This document shows, piece by piece, positions 49,860 through 63,900 of a DNA stretch of 64,000 nucleotides; the first letter of the stretch is position 1; every line of letters starts with the position of its first letter. Source of the DNA: Amphiscolops sp. MND2022. Taxonomy: Eukaryota. The stretch lies in assembly GCA_964187785.1 (NCBI GenBank), contig OZ076413.1:73036001-73100000 (forward strand). Reading direction: 5' to 3'. The position numbers and the translations under genes are program-made. Below the pieces are notes generated by a model that was not told the DNA's origin, did not search any database, and was given only the letters and a program-made list of their open reading frames with translations.

Positions 49860-52800
49860 AATGAAAACCAATCGATTGGGAGATATCAGTCAACTCTGAT
49901 TATATACTTATAGATAATATAACACAAAATATAACTGTCATTACTTAGAATAATATGAAAGCTATTATTCAGATTAAACAGTTATCTGGGTATATACTTC
50001 AGAATATCTGGAAAGTAGATTAGTTTAGACTACATGGATATTAGAAACATCACTAAATAGATTAGTACATTTCAAACTAAAAGAAGCATCGTTGAATAGA
50101 TAATTAGATTAGTCCAGATATCATAATAAATGAGTGTCAAGTTGATGAAGATAATTGAGGTCTTGTATCATGGCATCACAACCGATCGGGGTTTTGAGAA
50201 AAAAATCTGTACAATAAAGAAGTGTGTTTTTGTTTTGAATTTTTTGGATCATGTTGTTTTCTGAAGGTATGAAGGGATGAACTGTACTTTGTTATTGAGA
50301 GGCGTTCTATACATAAAGAGTGAGAACAACCTGAAACGGTTCAGTTAACTTCTTATGTTTGGTTCGGTTCACTTTGGTGCAACGTTTGAAAAGTCAAAAT
50401 AACATTTGACGATTTGATTCTAGTTATTATTTGACAGCAAGCACTATTTGTTCCCTTTGAGAGTTAATTATCCATTCATCGAACGAAAAGATTACCGAAT
50501 AATGCATGAAAAGCCTTTGGACTGTGAAAGACTTGTGATTAAATGCAGTTGCCAATGAGTTATGGACCAACATGTGAACGGAAGTCATTTCTTCCAAAGA
50601 TACTATTTCAAATGACACGAAGAAGGAGGTTGAAAACATTTTTCATACTCGAAACGTCAGAGACAATCATGGTGTTCTAGTAACATAAGTCGTGTATTGT
50701 AAAAGATGGGTAATACTGAAATTGTACGATATAAGTATAATTGCGCACTAAGCACTAAAATTGTATTCTGTACGAAAGTAAAGCATCATGAAAAGTTCAG
50801 TAGAAGATTACACAAGTAAATAGTACATTTACAAAAGAATACTAGAACCATATGATAAGATAGAAGATTAAATCTTCATAAAATAGGAATTATAAGAGTA
50901 TACGAATATACAATTATACATCTATTTTTAGAGTAACAAGATTAACTTAAGTTCCAGTTCAGTTTGAAATGATAGGTTTATCTGTTTGAAACAAGGAACG
51001 AGTGAAGACCAGTAATCAGTGACCGGAGTGACCAAAAGGGAAAAAAGTTAGCCGTGACGAAATTGAAGTGAGCGTTGGCAGCAGTGAAGTCAGCGACATG
51101 AATGGCGACTGACAGGAAGTCATCTGAAGCTGTGGCGGCAGAAGGGAAGTCATCTGAAGGAGTGGTGGCTGAAGTGAAGTCAACTGGAAGCATTGGAAGG
51201 TGTTTTGTTTGAGTGAAATGGATGATGGAAAACAACAAGTTATGCAAGGTGTTTTGTGAGCTCATAATGTTCTAGGACTTGGGAAAACTCAAAGGTTTGT
51301 AGGAGGTTAATAAAAGCATCGAGAGCTTCGTGGAGAGCGTGGAGAAATAAAAATGATTTGTTCAAAGAAGGATTTATCAAGAACAAAGACATAATTGGAC
51401 GTGATCCCACAGATTGCTATTCAAGCACGATGAAGACAGTAGTGTTGCTCGAATGGATGTTTTTGCGAAAGTGATAAAGTGATGTACATAGTTTTGAAAA
51501 CTTATTTGCGAGGACAAACTGTGAGTTGGCCATGATTAGGTTCATTGCCAATTTTCAGGACTTCTCTTTTGATGATTGCTGCTTTGGGAGTTCTGACATT
51601 GAAAATAGAAATCATTTTTGAATTTGACTTGATGTAGGAAGTTTTGGTTTAGTATTCGTCAATTTAGTCAATTCGTCAGAATTCAACGTTAAAGAGGAAA
51701 TGACGAAAGTGGAGAAAAAGGCGGCTGTGACGAAGGGAACTTCAATATGGATGTGGAAGGTCGAGTCTGCATGACAGAAGGAGGCGGTGTGGAAATCTGA
51801 GAAGATGGATTCCACAAAAAAAAATTGAATTAGAGTAAAAAAACATAAGTTTTCGAAACAACCTAAAATAAGTATCAATGGGTCAAAGACGTGAGTTTAT
51901 GGAGTTAGCTCCAAAACAAGTATAATAGTTTTTGTGCTAATTTGTTTGTATTCTGGAGTGTTTAAAGCAAAGATTCTTCGAAGAAAGTGGCAAAAGTTAA
52001 AAAACCAATGTATAAAAAAATTTGTACCAAAGTGTTAGAAGAGGAACAGTCCCAAATGAAAGCGAAAATGTTATCTGTGAAACGTGTAGAATTGTACCAG
52101 AAGGAAGCGTAAGAAAATTGGTTTAGGTGAAGAGTTCTGAAGAGATTGACAAAAACTAAAAAGTGTGCTCATATTTTCGAGTGTTGCTCGAACTGCTTTT
52201 GATGATCGTCTGATTCGTTGATAGTCATTATCTAAACTTTTATGTGTCCGATAATGGCACTCACCTTTGTGTGTGAGAGTTGTGAGTGAAGAAGCTGTAG
52301 GATTCTTTTTGTATGGGTCATGTTTGTAAGTAATATCACAAAAATTTCGTGAATTGAGAGCACTGGTGAGTTGGTCAGTTGTGGCGATTGGTGTTTGAAG
52401 GTTGTCCTCTGTAGTGTAAGGTTCAGAATGTTGTGCTCGTTGATGATTAGAAGTTTTTAATTTTTGTTTTGTTTTGGTTTCTTCTGATTTGACCGTAAAG
52501 GAAATGACTTTTGCAGAATTAAATTACAATTCATTGCATGAATAAGTTTGCTTCAACAAAGCTGTTTAATATGACTTTCCTTTATCATCAAGAGGAATGG
52601 ACACAAGTTGTTTGATGACACTGGGGGCTTTACGATGGTTGTAGGTACATTACAATGTAGGAGAAAATCATCAAAGTGTACCAGTTGTTCTTGTGAAACA
52701 ATGAGTGTTCGAGATGTATGATTGTACGGTAGAAGACAGAAGTATTGTCTTATAGGGTCATAGTTTCGAACGTATATGAACTGGTCATGGTATATGGTGA

Positions 52801-55800
52801 TGTGAATATTTAGTTGATGGAAATGTAATTTCGAGGTTTTAGGTTTTTTGTCTTTGAGAAATGTTGTTTGCGTTGAATGATGATACGCCTCTTGACAAGT
52901 ACTTAGAAAAGAAGAATGATTCTCATCAGTTTTGAGATCAAATAGGGATGGTCTGAGAAAACTGAACTGCAAAATTTTAACATTGTTGTCAAGCCAGTAA
53001 AGATATGGGGTCATTATTTTGGAGGCGAAATATGCAGAAATAGTCTTCATTTTAGTCTTAGAGTCTGTATGTGTATTCAATGGGATTCATGCACAATGAA
53101 AGAGTTGTGATTTGGAAGTAAAGTCATGTTGTGAGAGGATTGGTATGAGATGGTTGTCCCTTTGAGTTGAGCGTATTTTGGAGAAAATATTGGTGGATAG
53201 ATTGGAGAAGTTAGAAAAGCTGGGTCTGTCGTGACATCATGTTTTTTGGAAGGTGCATGTTATTGGACAATGGTGAAAGGTTTGGGAGGTGGATCATCAG
53301 TTTTGTCAGGAGATTCAGTGATCAGTAATGGTGATTGTAGTTTCCATTTGTTCAATTCTTGTGTGATTTACAGTATCACGTGGACCAAGAAAGTGGATTG
53401 GCAAAGCCTTACACAATGATGTAGTAGAAGAAAGTGAGATATTTGGAAGGTTTTGGGAATCAAGTTGTGGTTGAAGATCAAGGTGGGTTTAGTCTAATAA
53501 AATACTAGCGTGTAGCTCTATCGTGATTTTGTGGGGAAGGTTGTGTAAAAACACAAATTCCGATGGTAGATTGTTTAGACGAAAAATAAAGATTTTTAGC
53601 TTTAGCTCAGTTTTGAATGATAGTTTCACAAGTTTCAAGAGTAGACGAAAGTTTGACATTTTGAGTTGTGAAAAAAATGAGTGTTTTTACAAGAGTTATG
53701 AAGAGAAGCAACTGTTGTTTAGTATAAGAAGGTGCTGATTGCCCGATGATAAAAAGATGGTGGAAAGCAGTAATTGGTTTTAGAGTATATTTTGACAGGA
53801 CAGTCAGTTTCATTATGATCAAGTGTAGTTTAACGGATAGTTGTCAGGTTTTGAATTGACACTCGAATAGTGACGTAATTATGGGGGTGATTTAGGTGAT
53901 GGATATGGTTGTGGGTTGTCGATACTTCTAGTTTTATAAGATTTGCGTTTGGGGAAAATTTAAGACGTGATGTTTGTTACAATTTTCGTATAGGTTGTTT
54001 GGTGTAGAACGGTGGTAGAGATATAATCCTACTTGAATTGTGAGAATAGGATCTTTATACTGATTTTGAGATGAATTTTGACTGTCTAATGGGTCATTGG
54101 AATTAATGGAAGATTGATCTAAACGGGTTTTCAGTGATGGTTGACAAAGGAAAACTGGGAGAAGTTGGTGAGAGAATAATGCTTCTTTTTGGAGGTGTAT
54201 CTTTCAGGTCATTGACCAACTCAGTTGTGAGAGCGCTGAAAACAACATGTGCGATAGAGTTATATGTTGTATTGCTTTGTTTAAGATTATAAATAATAGA
54301 ACTTGTTTTGTATACCTTGATAAGGAGGGTTAGAAGTGGTTGTATAGAAAGGAATGTAGAATATTATATCCCACATTGTGTTAATGAAAAACATGGTTAC
54401 CCAAAGAGTGTAATAAAAACATCGTCGAACCATGTTGGTTTAAAAAATGGGTTAAGATTCAGAAGTTCATCATGTAGTCCGATAAGAAGTTTAGTATATG
54501 GACTGTTGTGAGAAACATATGCATCAAAGTAACCTGGAGATTTAGCACAAAGGAAAAAATAACTAAGGGCTTTTCCAAGTAATTGAAGTGTAGTATATGA
54601 ATATTTTGAAAAAAAGATTCTCTTCCGAAATTGGGCAAGTTCAGCATTAAAGTGTATACCAACATTTTGAGCCGTATTTGTATTAGGACGGTTTGTATTT
54701 TTTATTTGAGAAAGAGTAAATATAGGAGGAGGTTTTCGCTATATAGTTTCAGGACGAAGAATATAGAAGTCTTTGTAATCTGAATCAGGATCAAGTTCTA
54801 TTATATTTATAGCATATGTTTATAATATTTATAGCTATAATATTTATAGCAATATTATTGTCACAGGGAATAGGAGTAGTAAATCATAGGTTTTGTCTTG
54901 TAATAATATCTACATACTTGAGAGTATCTTTGTAATGTATAGGTCAAAGCAGCGATCAGTTACAAGAAATCCAGCAAGTTGAGGATTTGGGACAGACAGC
55001 AAGTACTGTGAGTCTTTGGTTGCGTTTTAATTCCCATATGGTGCAACGGAATACACAGTTAATTGTATGGTCTATTTTGATATTAATATGTTCATCACAA
55101 TCATCGATAGCCAAACTGTTTGATACGTTTAATGCTGGGAAAGCATATTGTTTTCTTGAGTTGTCTAGTACTGTTTTTCCTGAATTATACTGATTTATTA
55201 TAGATTGAAAAATTGGTTGGCCTGTATGCATTTTGAAACTTTTTTGAGATATAACAAAAATATCTGAATCTTGTGTAGAATAGAGAGGTTCAGGTTTGCC
55301 ACACAATGTCTGAGTGTGGGGAAAAAGTTCGAATTATGAGTGTGGTGCATAGATATATGGATAAATAGTGGAGTCAGATTTATTTGTAAATGAAGTGTGT
55401 TTAAAAGAAAGGGTCTGCAAAAAGATAAAGTATGTCCATCTACTACCATAATGTATTCGGTATCATCATAGGTCAGTTCTACATCATAGACGAAAAGTCT
55501 CCAAATGAGTAGATGTATTTCAAATTGGTGATGTGGGCAAATAGGTAGGGGTTTTTTGGACGATCATAAACCGAGTTTTTATCTTTGAGCATGTAGGTAA
55601 AAGTACCAGTATGTATTGTATTAAATTTGTAAACCGTAAAAAGGATTTGAAATTAATTTTGTTTTCTTGAAAGTAATGATCTTCTCGAAGTGTGTAAGTG
55701 CGATTGTAATTGAAGTTGTTCAATATTTTATTGTTTGTCCCATTGAGATGTCAAATTAAGTTTGACACTCAAATGTGTCAAGAGTTTTAGGAAGAGTAAA

Positions 55801-56250
55801 GTTTTATGAATCCAAACTGTTCTATATTTGACCGGGTCTTGAAAACAGACAGATTTTTTGTTCTTTCTTTGAGTAAGCTTCACATATGAAAGCTTTAACG
55901 CATTCGGTTTTAGCTCGAGCACAGACTCTGGCTTTAACTTTCTCGTTTTGTACGTTGAAGCAGCGTCAGTGCCTTGCTCCACGTTTAGTAAATTGAACTG
56001 TCTCAAACAAAGTTGTTTTTCACAATCATATTGGGAAACCATGAGAATCGTAATGTTAAGGTCATCTGGAGGAAGATAATCGTCTGTATCGGTTAGTTCA
56101 ATAGATATAAATTTTGAGAATAGGAAACTGTTGCAAAGGAGAGTGTAAAATAAAAGTTGTACATAAGACGTTAAAATCTGTATTTGAGAAAACTGTACTA
56201 TATTCGAGGCCTGAGTATTGATTGTAAAACATAATTTTGCCAAATATTAG
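49860..56250 (-). mobile_element. Decayed env-like glycoprotein unit, copy 2
   Basis: Hydrophobic signal-like N-terminus, then SQYDCEKQLCLRQFNLLNVEQ (ORF 55728-56243) and CGKPEPLYSTQDSDIFV (ORF 54956-55306). Further ORF pieces run to ~52550. The start aaaaccaatcgatt matches ~43005. Confidence 0.6.
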
Positions 56251-59200
56251 GTCTGGAAGGGTAGGATCTCTGTTAAAGTCTATGTTTGTAACTATAAAAG
56301 GAGCAGGTATTGTTTTTTGTTTTAGTTTCTCAAAATTGACGTCAAAGACAAACGCTTAGGTTGACATGACAACTAAGAATCTTCATCTGTCCCTTGCTTC
56401 ATGTTTGTCGATACGGTAGCGTTACCTGATTTTTTCACCTCTACTTTTTTTCTCATGTTGTTAACGGTCACTCAAGATGACTTGTTCGCTGTCAATCACT
56501 GTTCGTTAGTGATTAGTAGTGCTACTTCCTTTTCTTTTTTCAAAAAAATGCTCGATATAAAAAGATATTCACTATCAACACACAATGATTCAATAACTCA
56601 GCAAAACATCCCAAATTTTGAATTTTTCGAATTTTATTAAAAACCCAAGTCTATTCAAACCCTTACACGTTCCTAACTTGACTCTAACTAGAATCTAAGT
56701 TAATCTTACCTCATCTTTTTGAACTTCTATCAAGATAGAAACTGCATATTGCCCGAACCTCACGTAACGAAAAAGAATAACAAGATATAGTTAGAACTCA
56801 AAATTATAAAAACAAAGATATAGTTACAACTCTAGTTTGTAAAAACATTTTAAACCTTTCTTTACTTTCTATGAAATTGAACTCACCTCTCCAATTTTAG
56901 TAAAACAACACACGAACATTTTTTATCCGAACTTCGATACATCAATTAAAACTCTCATAAATGTTCAAAACCCGGTCGGATGATATACCTGTGATGTAAT
57001 ACTTTTTAAACCATCCCACCACTTGTCTGAATATCTAGACTTATATTTACTTCACTTCCTTGAACTTTAATGTACACTTCTTTTGTATTCGTCATATACT
57101 TTTTTGTCTGTAACTGCACTTTTGATTTATGACCACACACAATAAAAATGAAAGTTTTACTAACCAGTTGGTACATATATCTAGACCTTTTACTGCAGCT
57201 TTGTTAGCGTCCCCTTAAAGTACTTGTACAACTTCAACTAATCTTCATAAAATCATCTCAATCTGCAATCAAATACGTACCAACAAAGAAGTACTTTAAA
57301 GAATAAATAGCATTGCGTCAGATGACGTTTTTCTATTGAGAGATTACTAAATTCTAGCTGCAAGACTTCATAAAAACACTTCAAACAAAAACATGTCTTT
57401 CCAGGGAAAACAAGCAGTTTTGCGTTCGGCAGTTTTACGTGGAAACGTAAATTAACTAATATATGATACTGTATAACTGAAAAACGCATTTCACGAAGAA
57501 TGCATGAGGTAGTGTAATTACCGCGCAAAACCCATACTAAAGTATATTCACATCGCAATGGCGTATCCATATCCCTTATGGTTTAAAGAAGTTCAACATA
57601 GTAGCACAAATGAAGTTCGTACAAACTGCATGATCAACTTTCATGACTCGGAGTGACGTTGGTATCGAGCGATGAATGGAGCCTATGCATCTGATTCTTT
57701 TAATGTACAACGATGTAAAACTACATCATGTTTGAAACAACGTTGTCAAAAAAATAACAGGAATGAATTAAAAGCGTGGGGGTTACTTTAAAGCCCTTTT
57801 GACTTTTATATGTACTTCATATGTACTCTATCTTTGCGTTCTACTTGGAATAGAATCTGGCAGTTACTGGGATTTTTTAGATTCACCCCATGGTACCAGC
57901 ACATCTGTGAAGATGTAGCAGTATAAGAACATGAAAAACAGTTTTGAGCTTTGTTTTGGGAATAAATTCTTTTTGAGGTTCAATCATTTTTACAACTGTT
58001 AATGGTTTGAATTGTTTTTCATTGGAAAAGCGAAGTTAACCAAAGGAGCCAACAAACGATAGTAAGTTGTATTGCAAATTACTTTTTCAAGAAGATCTGA
58101 TGAACGTCAAAAAAAGGAGTACTGTGATAGACAAGAGGAAATTTATGTTTTCATTCAATTAATTATCTCTGAGAGTAAATATGGCTTCAGAAACAACAAG
58201 AAAAATTTCATTTGAAGGAGCGGTCAATTGAGTTACTGAATACCGTTAGGCAAGAGAAACAAACAACAAAAATACCGTTGGGTAACTGATGGCGCGGCCT
58301 ATCAAAAATGTTATATTATGTTATATTGAATACCGTCAAGTAAGAGAAACAAACAGCACAACCAAAAACAACGTCTCATCATTAATTAGAAACTCAGTTT
58401 TCCAGACTGAGAAACGTTTTTCATATACCATATATTTTCTATGCAGTCATTTTATTTTTCAAAAAATTCTTAATTACCTTGAATGAAGATTAATTTGAAA
58501 GATAAAATGACTTGAAAGATAAAAGAAAAAATTAGGCGACTTCTTGATAACAAAAGACAATAAACCGCAGAGTTGAAAAAATAAACAAACAGCGTATGTC
58601 ACTATAGCTCCTTGTTGCGCCAACCTAACTCATGAGAACCTAACTTGCAAGCAATGAGTATTAAACGGGAAGATGCACTGCTTCTTTTATTTTTTTCTGT
58701 AAGTTTAAGGTTTGAACTACAAATGTTGATTCGAGTTACGCAGATGTCAATTTTGTGGGGCTTTAAGAAACTGAAAAGAGTGGTAAAAATTTTTGACGTG
58801 GAGAATCACAAGAGACAAGGAAGGAGAATTGAAAAAAGAATAAACTAACTGGGAAATGTAGTTTTGTAATTTCTACTGCGTCTGGATTTGTTTATCGAAA
58901 AAAAATGATGGTTACGAGTTCAAACTGTTTGAAAATGAAAGCAAAAAAGCAAAGACGTAATTGCGAGAAACGCAGCAGGCAACCGTTCTCAGCTCTTTCT
59001 TCACGACACGCTCTGAAGATAACGACAACGTCTTTTCTTTTAGGGGGAATTTTGTCGAGCGTTCGGTCAAAATTTGTGGTTTTGTGGGTTTCTTGGGGGC
59101 GCATGGTTTGTTATTGGGTTTTTAAGCTAGTTTTTACTACGATCTTCAACGTACTGAGTAAATCTGCGATGCTCAAAGACTACCATACATTTGCAGTCCA

Positions 59201-59767
59201 AAAACTGCACCAATGGAAAAGATTCCCTGAAAGTTTTTGCTGTCGCCCAATCATCATGGATGAAAAGAACAGGTTAATAACAGGGATAAAAGTTGCCCGT
59301 ATTTTGCATGTTTTCCAACGTAAAACTCAGTTGAACCAACAAACGATGGAGCAAGTTGAATGTTTTGCTAATGAGATCTGAAGAACGTCAGAAAAGGAAG
59401 ACTGTGATGGAGAAGAGCAAAATATGTTGTGCTTAGCAACCTGTTTGCCGAAGGTCTAATTGGCTCCAAAAACAAATAGCAGAAACTGTTCATTTCGTGA
59501 AACACACATTCAACTGTTGTTCTAATTGTCAGAGAAAGAAGGAAAATCTGGAGGTTTCACATACCAACCGTGGTGAAGAATTTAATTATTTTTCGAACAA
59601 AATTTCATTGATTGCTATGCAAAACTAAACTTCCTTTGAAAATGTTTGTATTCAAAAACACGTATATAAACCGGTGGTTTTCGAGGCGGTGGAATGTGAT
59701 ATGAACTTACGAATCCCATCAAACCATCGCACATTTGAACGGAAGTTTGATTAACAAAACTTAATTA

Positions 59768-60541
59768 CCCTGGTTGGAAAAAATGCATTCCTTACAATGA
59801 TCTTGCAAGTTAATGCATTTTTCTGCAAGACATCTTGCAAGTATCTTGCAAGGACATTTTTCTCTCAAGGAAGAAAATTTTGTGAGAGGTTCTTCATATA
59901 AAACTTTTTATTTATTATATTCTTTGTTCATGACATCAAGTTGACTACTGCATCGTGACTATCAGATTGCTTTCGTAAACTGCGTTTATTTACTGGAGGA
60001 TTCGAATACCAAAAAGATGCAAACTCTAGAAAATATCTATAAAAGTGTGATCATAGTGAAGTTATTGAAATAGTATTAAGACATTTCAGTGACGGAACAT
60101 TTAAAATACAGTTTCAAAGTACTTTCAACATTTTTTCAGATCGATAGTGTTATATGCCGGTTAATGATTTAAAATTAGGCTGTGCATAACTTATTGATTG
60201 AAGTTATATTTCAATTTGTTAAAATGCCCTATTGAAATATTTGTTATTACCGTTTCTGACATCATACTCAAATCACGACTAAGTTAACATAATTTCTTAG
60301 GATGAAGTACATTGAATTCAAGAATCTTGCAACGAAAACATTTACTTGCAAGATCTTTCAAGGAAAACATTTCCTTGCAAGATCTTTCAAGAAAAAGACT
60401 GCCTTGTAAGATCATTCAAAGAAAACATCTTTTTGCAAGGTCTTTCAAGGAAATATTTCCTTACAAGATCTTGTAAGTAGTGTGTTTTTTGCAAGGATCT
60501 TGCAAGATCCTTGCAAGGTGTGCATTTATTCCCAACCAGGG
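59768..60541. mobile_element. Non-autonomous TIR element (774 bp) with CTTGCAAG subterminal repeats
   Basis: TA|CCCTGGTTGGAAAAAATGCA ... TGCATTTATTCCCAACCAGGG|TA. Many (at)cttgcaag palindromes lie inside both ends. No ORF. CCC termini with TA flanks are seen in animal CMC/EnSpm-type elements (tentative). Confidence 0.85.
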
Positions 60542-60999
60542 TAATGAAGAGTAAAAATCTCATATGAGAGAAAAAGCAAAACTTATAAAGACAGTTTGCA
60601 CAAAACAAACGGAAAGTGTAACCAAGAAAAGCCGATGTGAATTTGGAGAAGGTGGAACCGAGGATTTGAGGAAAGTTCCAATTCAGATTTTTCAAAGTTC
60701 GGCTGGTAGTTTGGTCAATTGACTGTTAACGTAATCTCTTTTCTGTAATGCGTTCCTGCAGTTGGAAAGAAGTTAGTTGGATGTTACTGTCCGAGGCGGC
60801 CGCCTGTGAAGGCAATACATATTCAATCAGTCACAACTACCAGTGGGCCCTACCCAACACTCTGGCTATCCAAAACAATTTTCCATTAAATAATAAACTG
60901 ACCTATACAACAGTGTTTTATTAACATGTAAATTGTTTATTTGGGCATGACGTCCTTATGGTTATTTAGTACGGTAATTGGACACCGAATGCACAAGCG

Positions 61000-63900
61000 A
61001 GAAAGAAACGTGTTCAAATGTTCTCAAAAGAAAATGACTTGAGGCCCAAGAAAGGACTCAATGATGTCCATGATGTTTTCCCAAATTAACAGAGCAATAA
61101 GCTCCGCAATATCTGAGAGAGCCATTCCAGAGATCCAGAATATTGAGAGTTCAATGTCCTCAAAACAAGCCGCAATGACGATTCGACCAGTTACCACAAA
61201 CTCGACAAAGTTTGACGAAAAACGCGAGAAATTCGAACTACTCGAAAACCTGTTCCACACAATGATCAAAATGCAACCAGCTATGAAGGAGCAAAAGAAA
61301 ACCAATCTTTTCCACTCACTGTTAACAATTGGAGCATTGTAGACATTTAGGAACATAAACTCAATTAACCGTCAATCCTTGGAGGACGTGTTGGTCATAT
61401 TCCGGAGTGAATGCGTAACACCGGACTCACAAGCCGCGGCAAAACACAATTGGCATAGGCTCATTTTTGACCCTTATACAATTAAATTGCCGGTCTTCTA
61501 GACGAACTCAACCAAGAAGCTGAAAAAGCCTTTGGTGAAAATGCAAAAAGCATGATTGACAGCTTGTTATACGCTAATCTGCCTCCCAAGCTGAAAAGAT
61601 TTGTAAAAATGGCCCGTATGGAAAATGGGACATAAAAGAGATCGTAGCGCATTTCGAGAGAGATCTAGAGCTCAACGCATTGGAGGCATCGGACAATATG
61701 CCGATGGCCACAATTGCTGCGTTGTCCACAAGTAGCCGCAACTTGCTGTCTAACAAAATTGACATAAACAAAGGTGCTCAATGCTTTTATTGTAAGGCAA
61801 ATGCTTTTTCTGGAAAAAATGACCGAAATTGAAAAAGAAAAAGGAAATGGAGGACAAAAATAGCAAACCGCCACGTAGTCAAACATATCCTGAGTGCCCA
61901 ACCTGCGGGAAAAAGAATCACCCTGCAGAAAAATGCTGGACCTCTGGTGATGAAGGAACATCCAAAAAAGTCAAGAAGCCGACAGGTCAACTTCACGCCA
62001 ATCGATGTCAAGGAAGCCTAAATTAAAGAATTATATTTGCCACGACTCCAAATACATGACCAAATGTCGGTACGACAAAATGTCATATCCGACCCTGCAA
62101 CCATTGTATATAGCCATTTTAACAAGTATACAAACGAAATACACTCTGTCGTCTGGCGAAAGTTTGCATTAGAAACTATAAAATAGTACACAATGATCGC
62201 CCAGAACCTTATTACGCCATTGATTACCCTGCAGACTTTGAGACACAATTTCCACAATGACAAAGTGTCGAAGATTATAACCCTCAAAACTTTGATCCCG
62301 AATATTGTACGGAACCCTACTGGTACGAATCATTATATGATCAGCAGAAATTACAAACCCGATGTGACGCTAAACCTCCAACTGACGCGGACGACTCTGA
62401 GTTGGATGTCAATAACCTGTCGCGAGCCCTCATTGAACTTTGACAGCCGAATTCAGAAATTAACGCAATTGAAGAAACCCAGGAGGAGAACAGGCGCATC
62501 GGCCCACAAACGAAACGGCATTTTTCAACGTGTTAGTCGCCAAAGATGGTGACCCAGCATAAATTTCTATTCCGCGAAACCTTGATTTAAATACAAAAGG
62601 CGAAAGCTATAATTCCAATGGAATTTGGAGAACTGACCATTGATGGACTAATTGACAATGGGACCCTACAGAGGCTAACCTGCAAAAAAACCGCCTTCTA
62701 GCCCCACAATCAATTTTCAAAGAAAGTCCTGCCCCCACTTTTCAAATCTTAGTGGGACACCGTCATATGGAAACTCCAAAAAGACTGTTGAATTTAACTT
62801 TCAGGTTGCGGGCATTGACTTTGATGAAATATTTATAGTAATGGAAAAACTGTCTGGCCCGATTATAGGGATGGCGTTTCTACAAATGAACTGCACAGTC
62901 TTAGATATGCGACAAGGAATCCTCAACTTCCCTATTTTTCCATGCAACTCAAAACTGCTGACCACAAATATTACAATGTCATGGAGCCTTTCCTTGACCC
63001 TGAGGATCTAATGATCCCACCGAATGACCAGGCATTAGTGGCCGTGCAATCCTAAATCTACCCAGAAAATGCATCACGAAATACAACAACCCAGTGCCGT
63101 ACTACACGAAGAAGGCAATGTAACCTTTTGCGCCGTCATCATTACTCTGTCAGAAGGGACGGCGAAGGTACATCTCATTAATTTTACCGATCAACTGTAC
63201 AGACTCGAAAATAGGCTACATATAGCTAATTTTCGTTAGGACACCGGAACAAATGAAGCATGTCAAACCAGTGGACCCAGTGTCCACGTGGCAATTATTA
63301 AACGAAAGTGAAGGACATGCGACTTACTATATTAGTAGCCTCCTTATCGCGAATCGAAACAACGACCAATATGAACAATACTGGTGTCCAACACCCAAAA
63401 GTCCATACGCCAATCCAAAAACGGATCCTTCAAGAATTGTGGAGTTTGCAAGAAGCTGAAAAGGTTAACACGCAAGACGATGCGGATTCACGTCACAAGT
63501 TCCTTAGTAACTTTGACTGGAAGGGACTCAACGTTGGAGCACCATGAGTTAAAACGAATTGAATCACTCCTAGTGGAATTGTAAGACATTTTTGCACTTT
63601 ACCATTTTGACCTCGAAATGAACGAGCAGTTCACGTTCAAATTAACCCCAAATGACGATTCACCTGCCTACAACCAAATCCTTCCTACCGGTCAACTTGG
63701 AGGAAGATATACTGGCACAACTCCAGAATAATGGCACAATAACAACTTTGCCATTCTCGAAAATTGCTAGTCCAATTTTTGCACGGAATGAGCCCAATGG
63801 GAAATTCAGACTACTGGTGGACCTGAAGAAATTTAACAATTTCATCTCAGATGATTATATATGTAACAACCACCCAGTTAGCACTCTCACTGATGCTGCG

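Noticed and set aside
56300-59700. Host gene or transposase in the short ORFs here (e.g. 57253-57570, 58905-59381)
   Set aside because: No recognisable motifs. Only a diverged ~150-bp internal duplication (~58000-58150 versus ~59300-59430) was visible.
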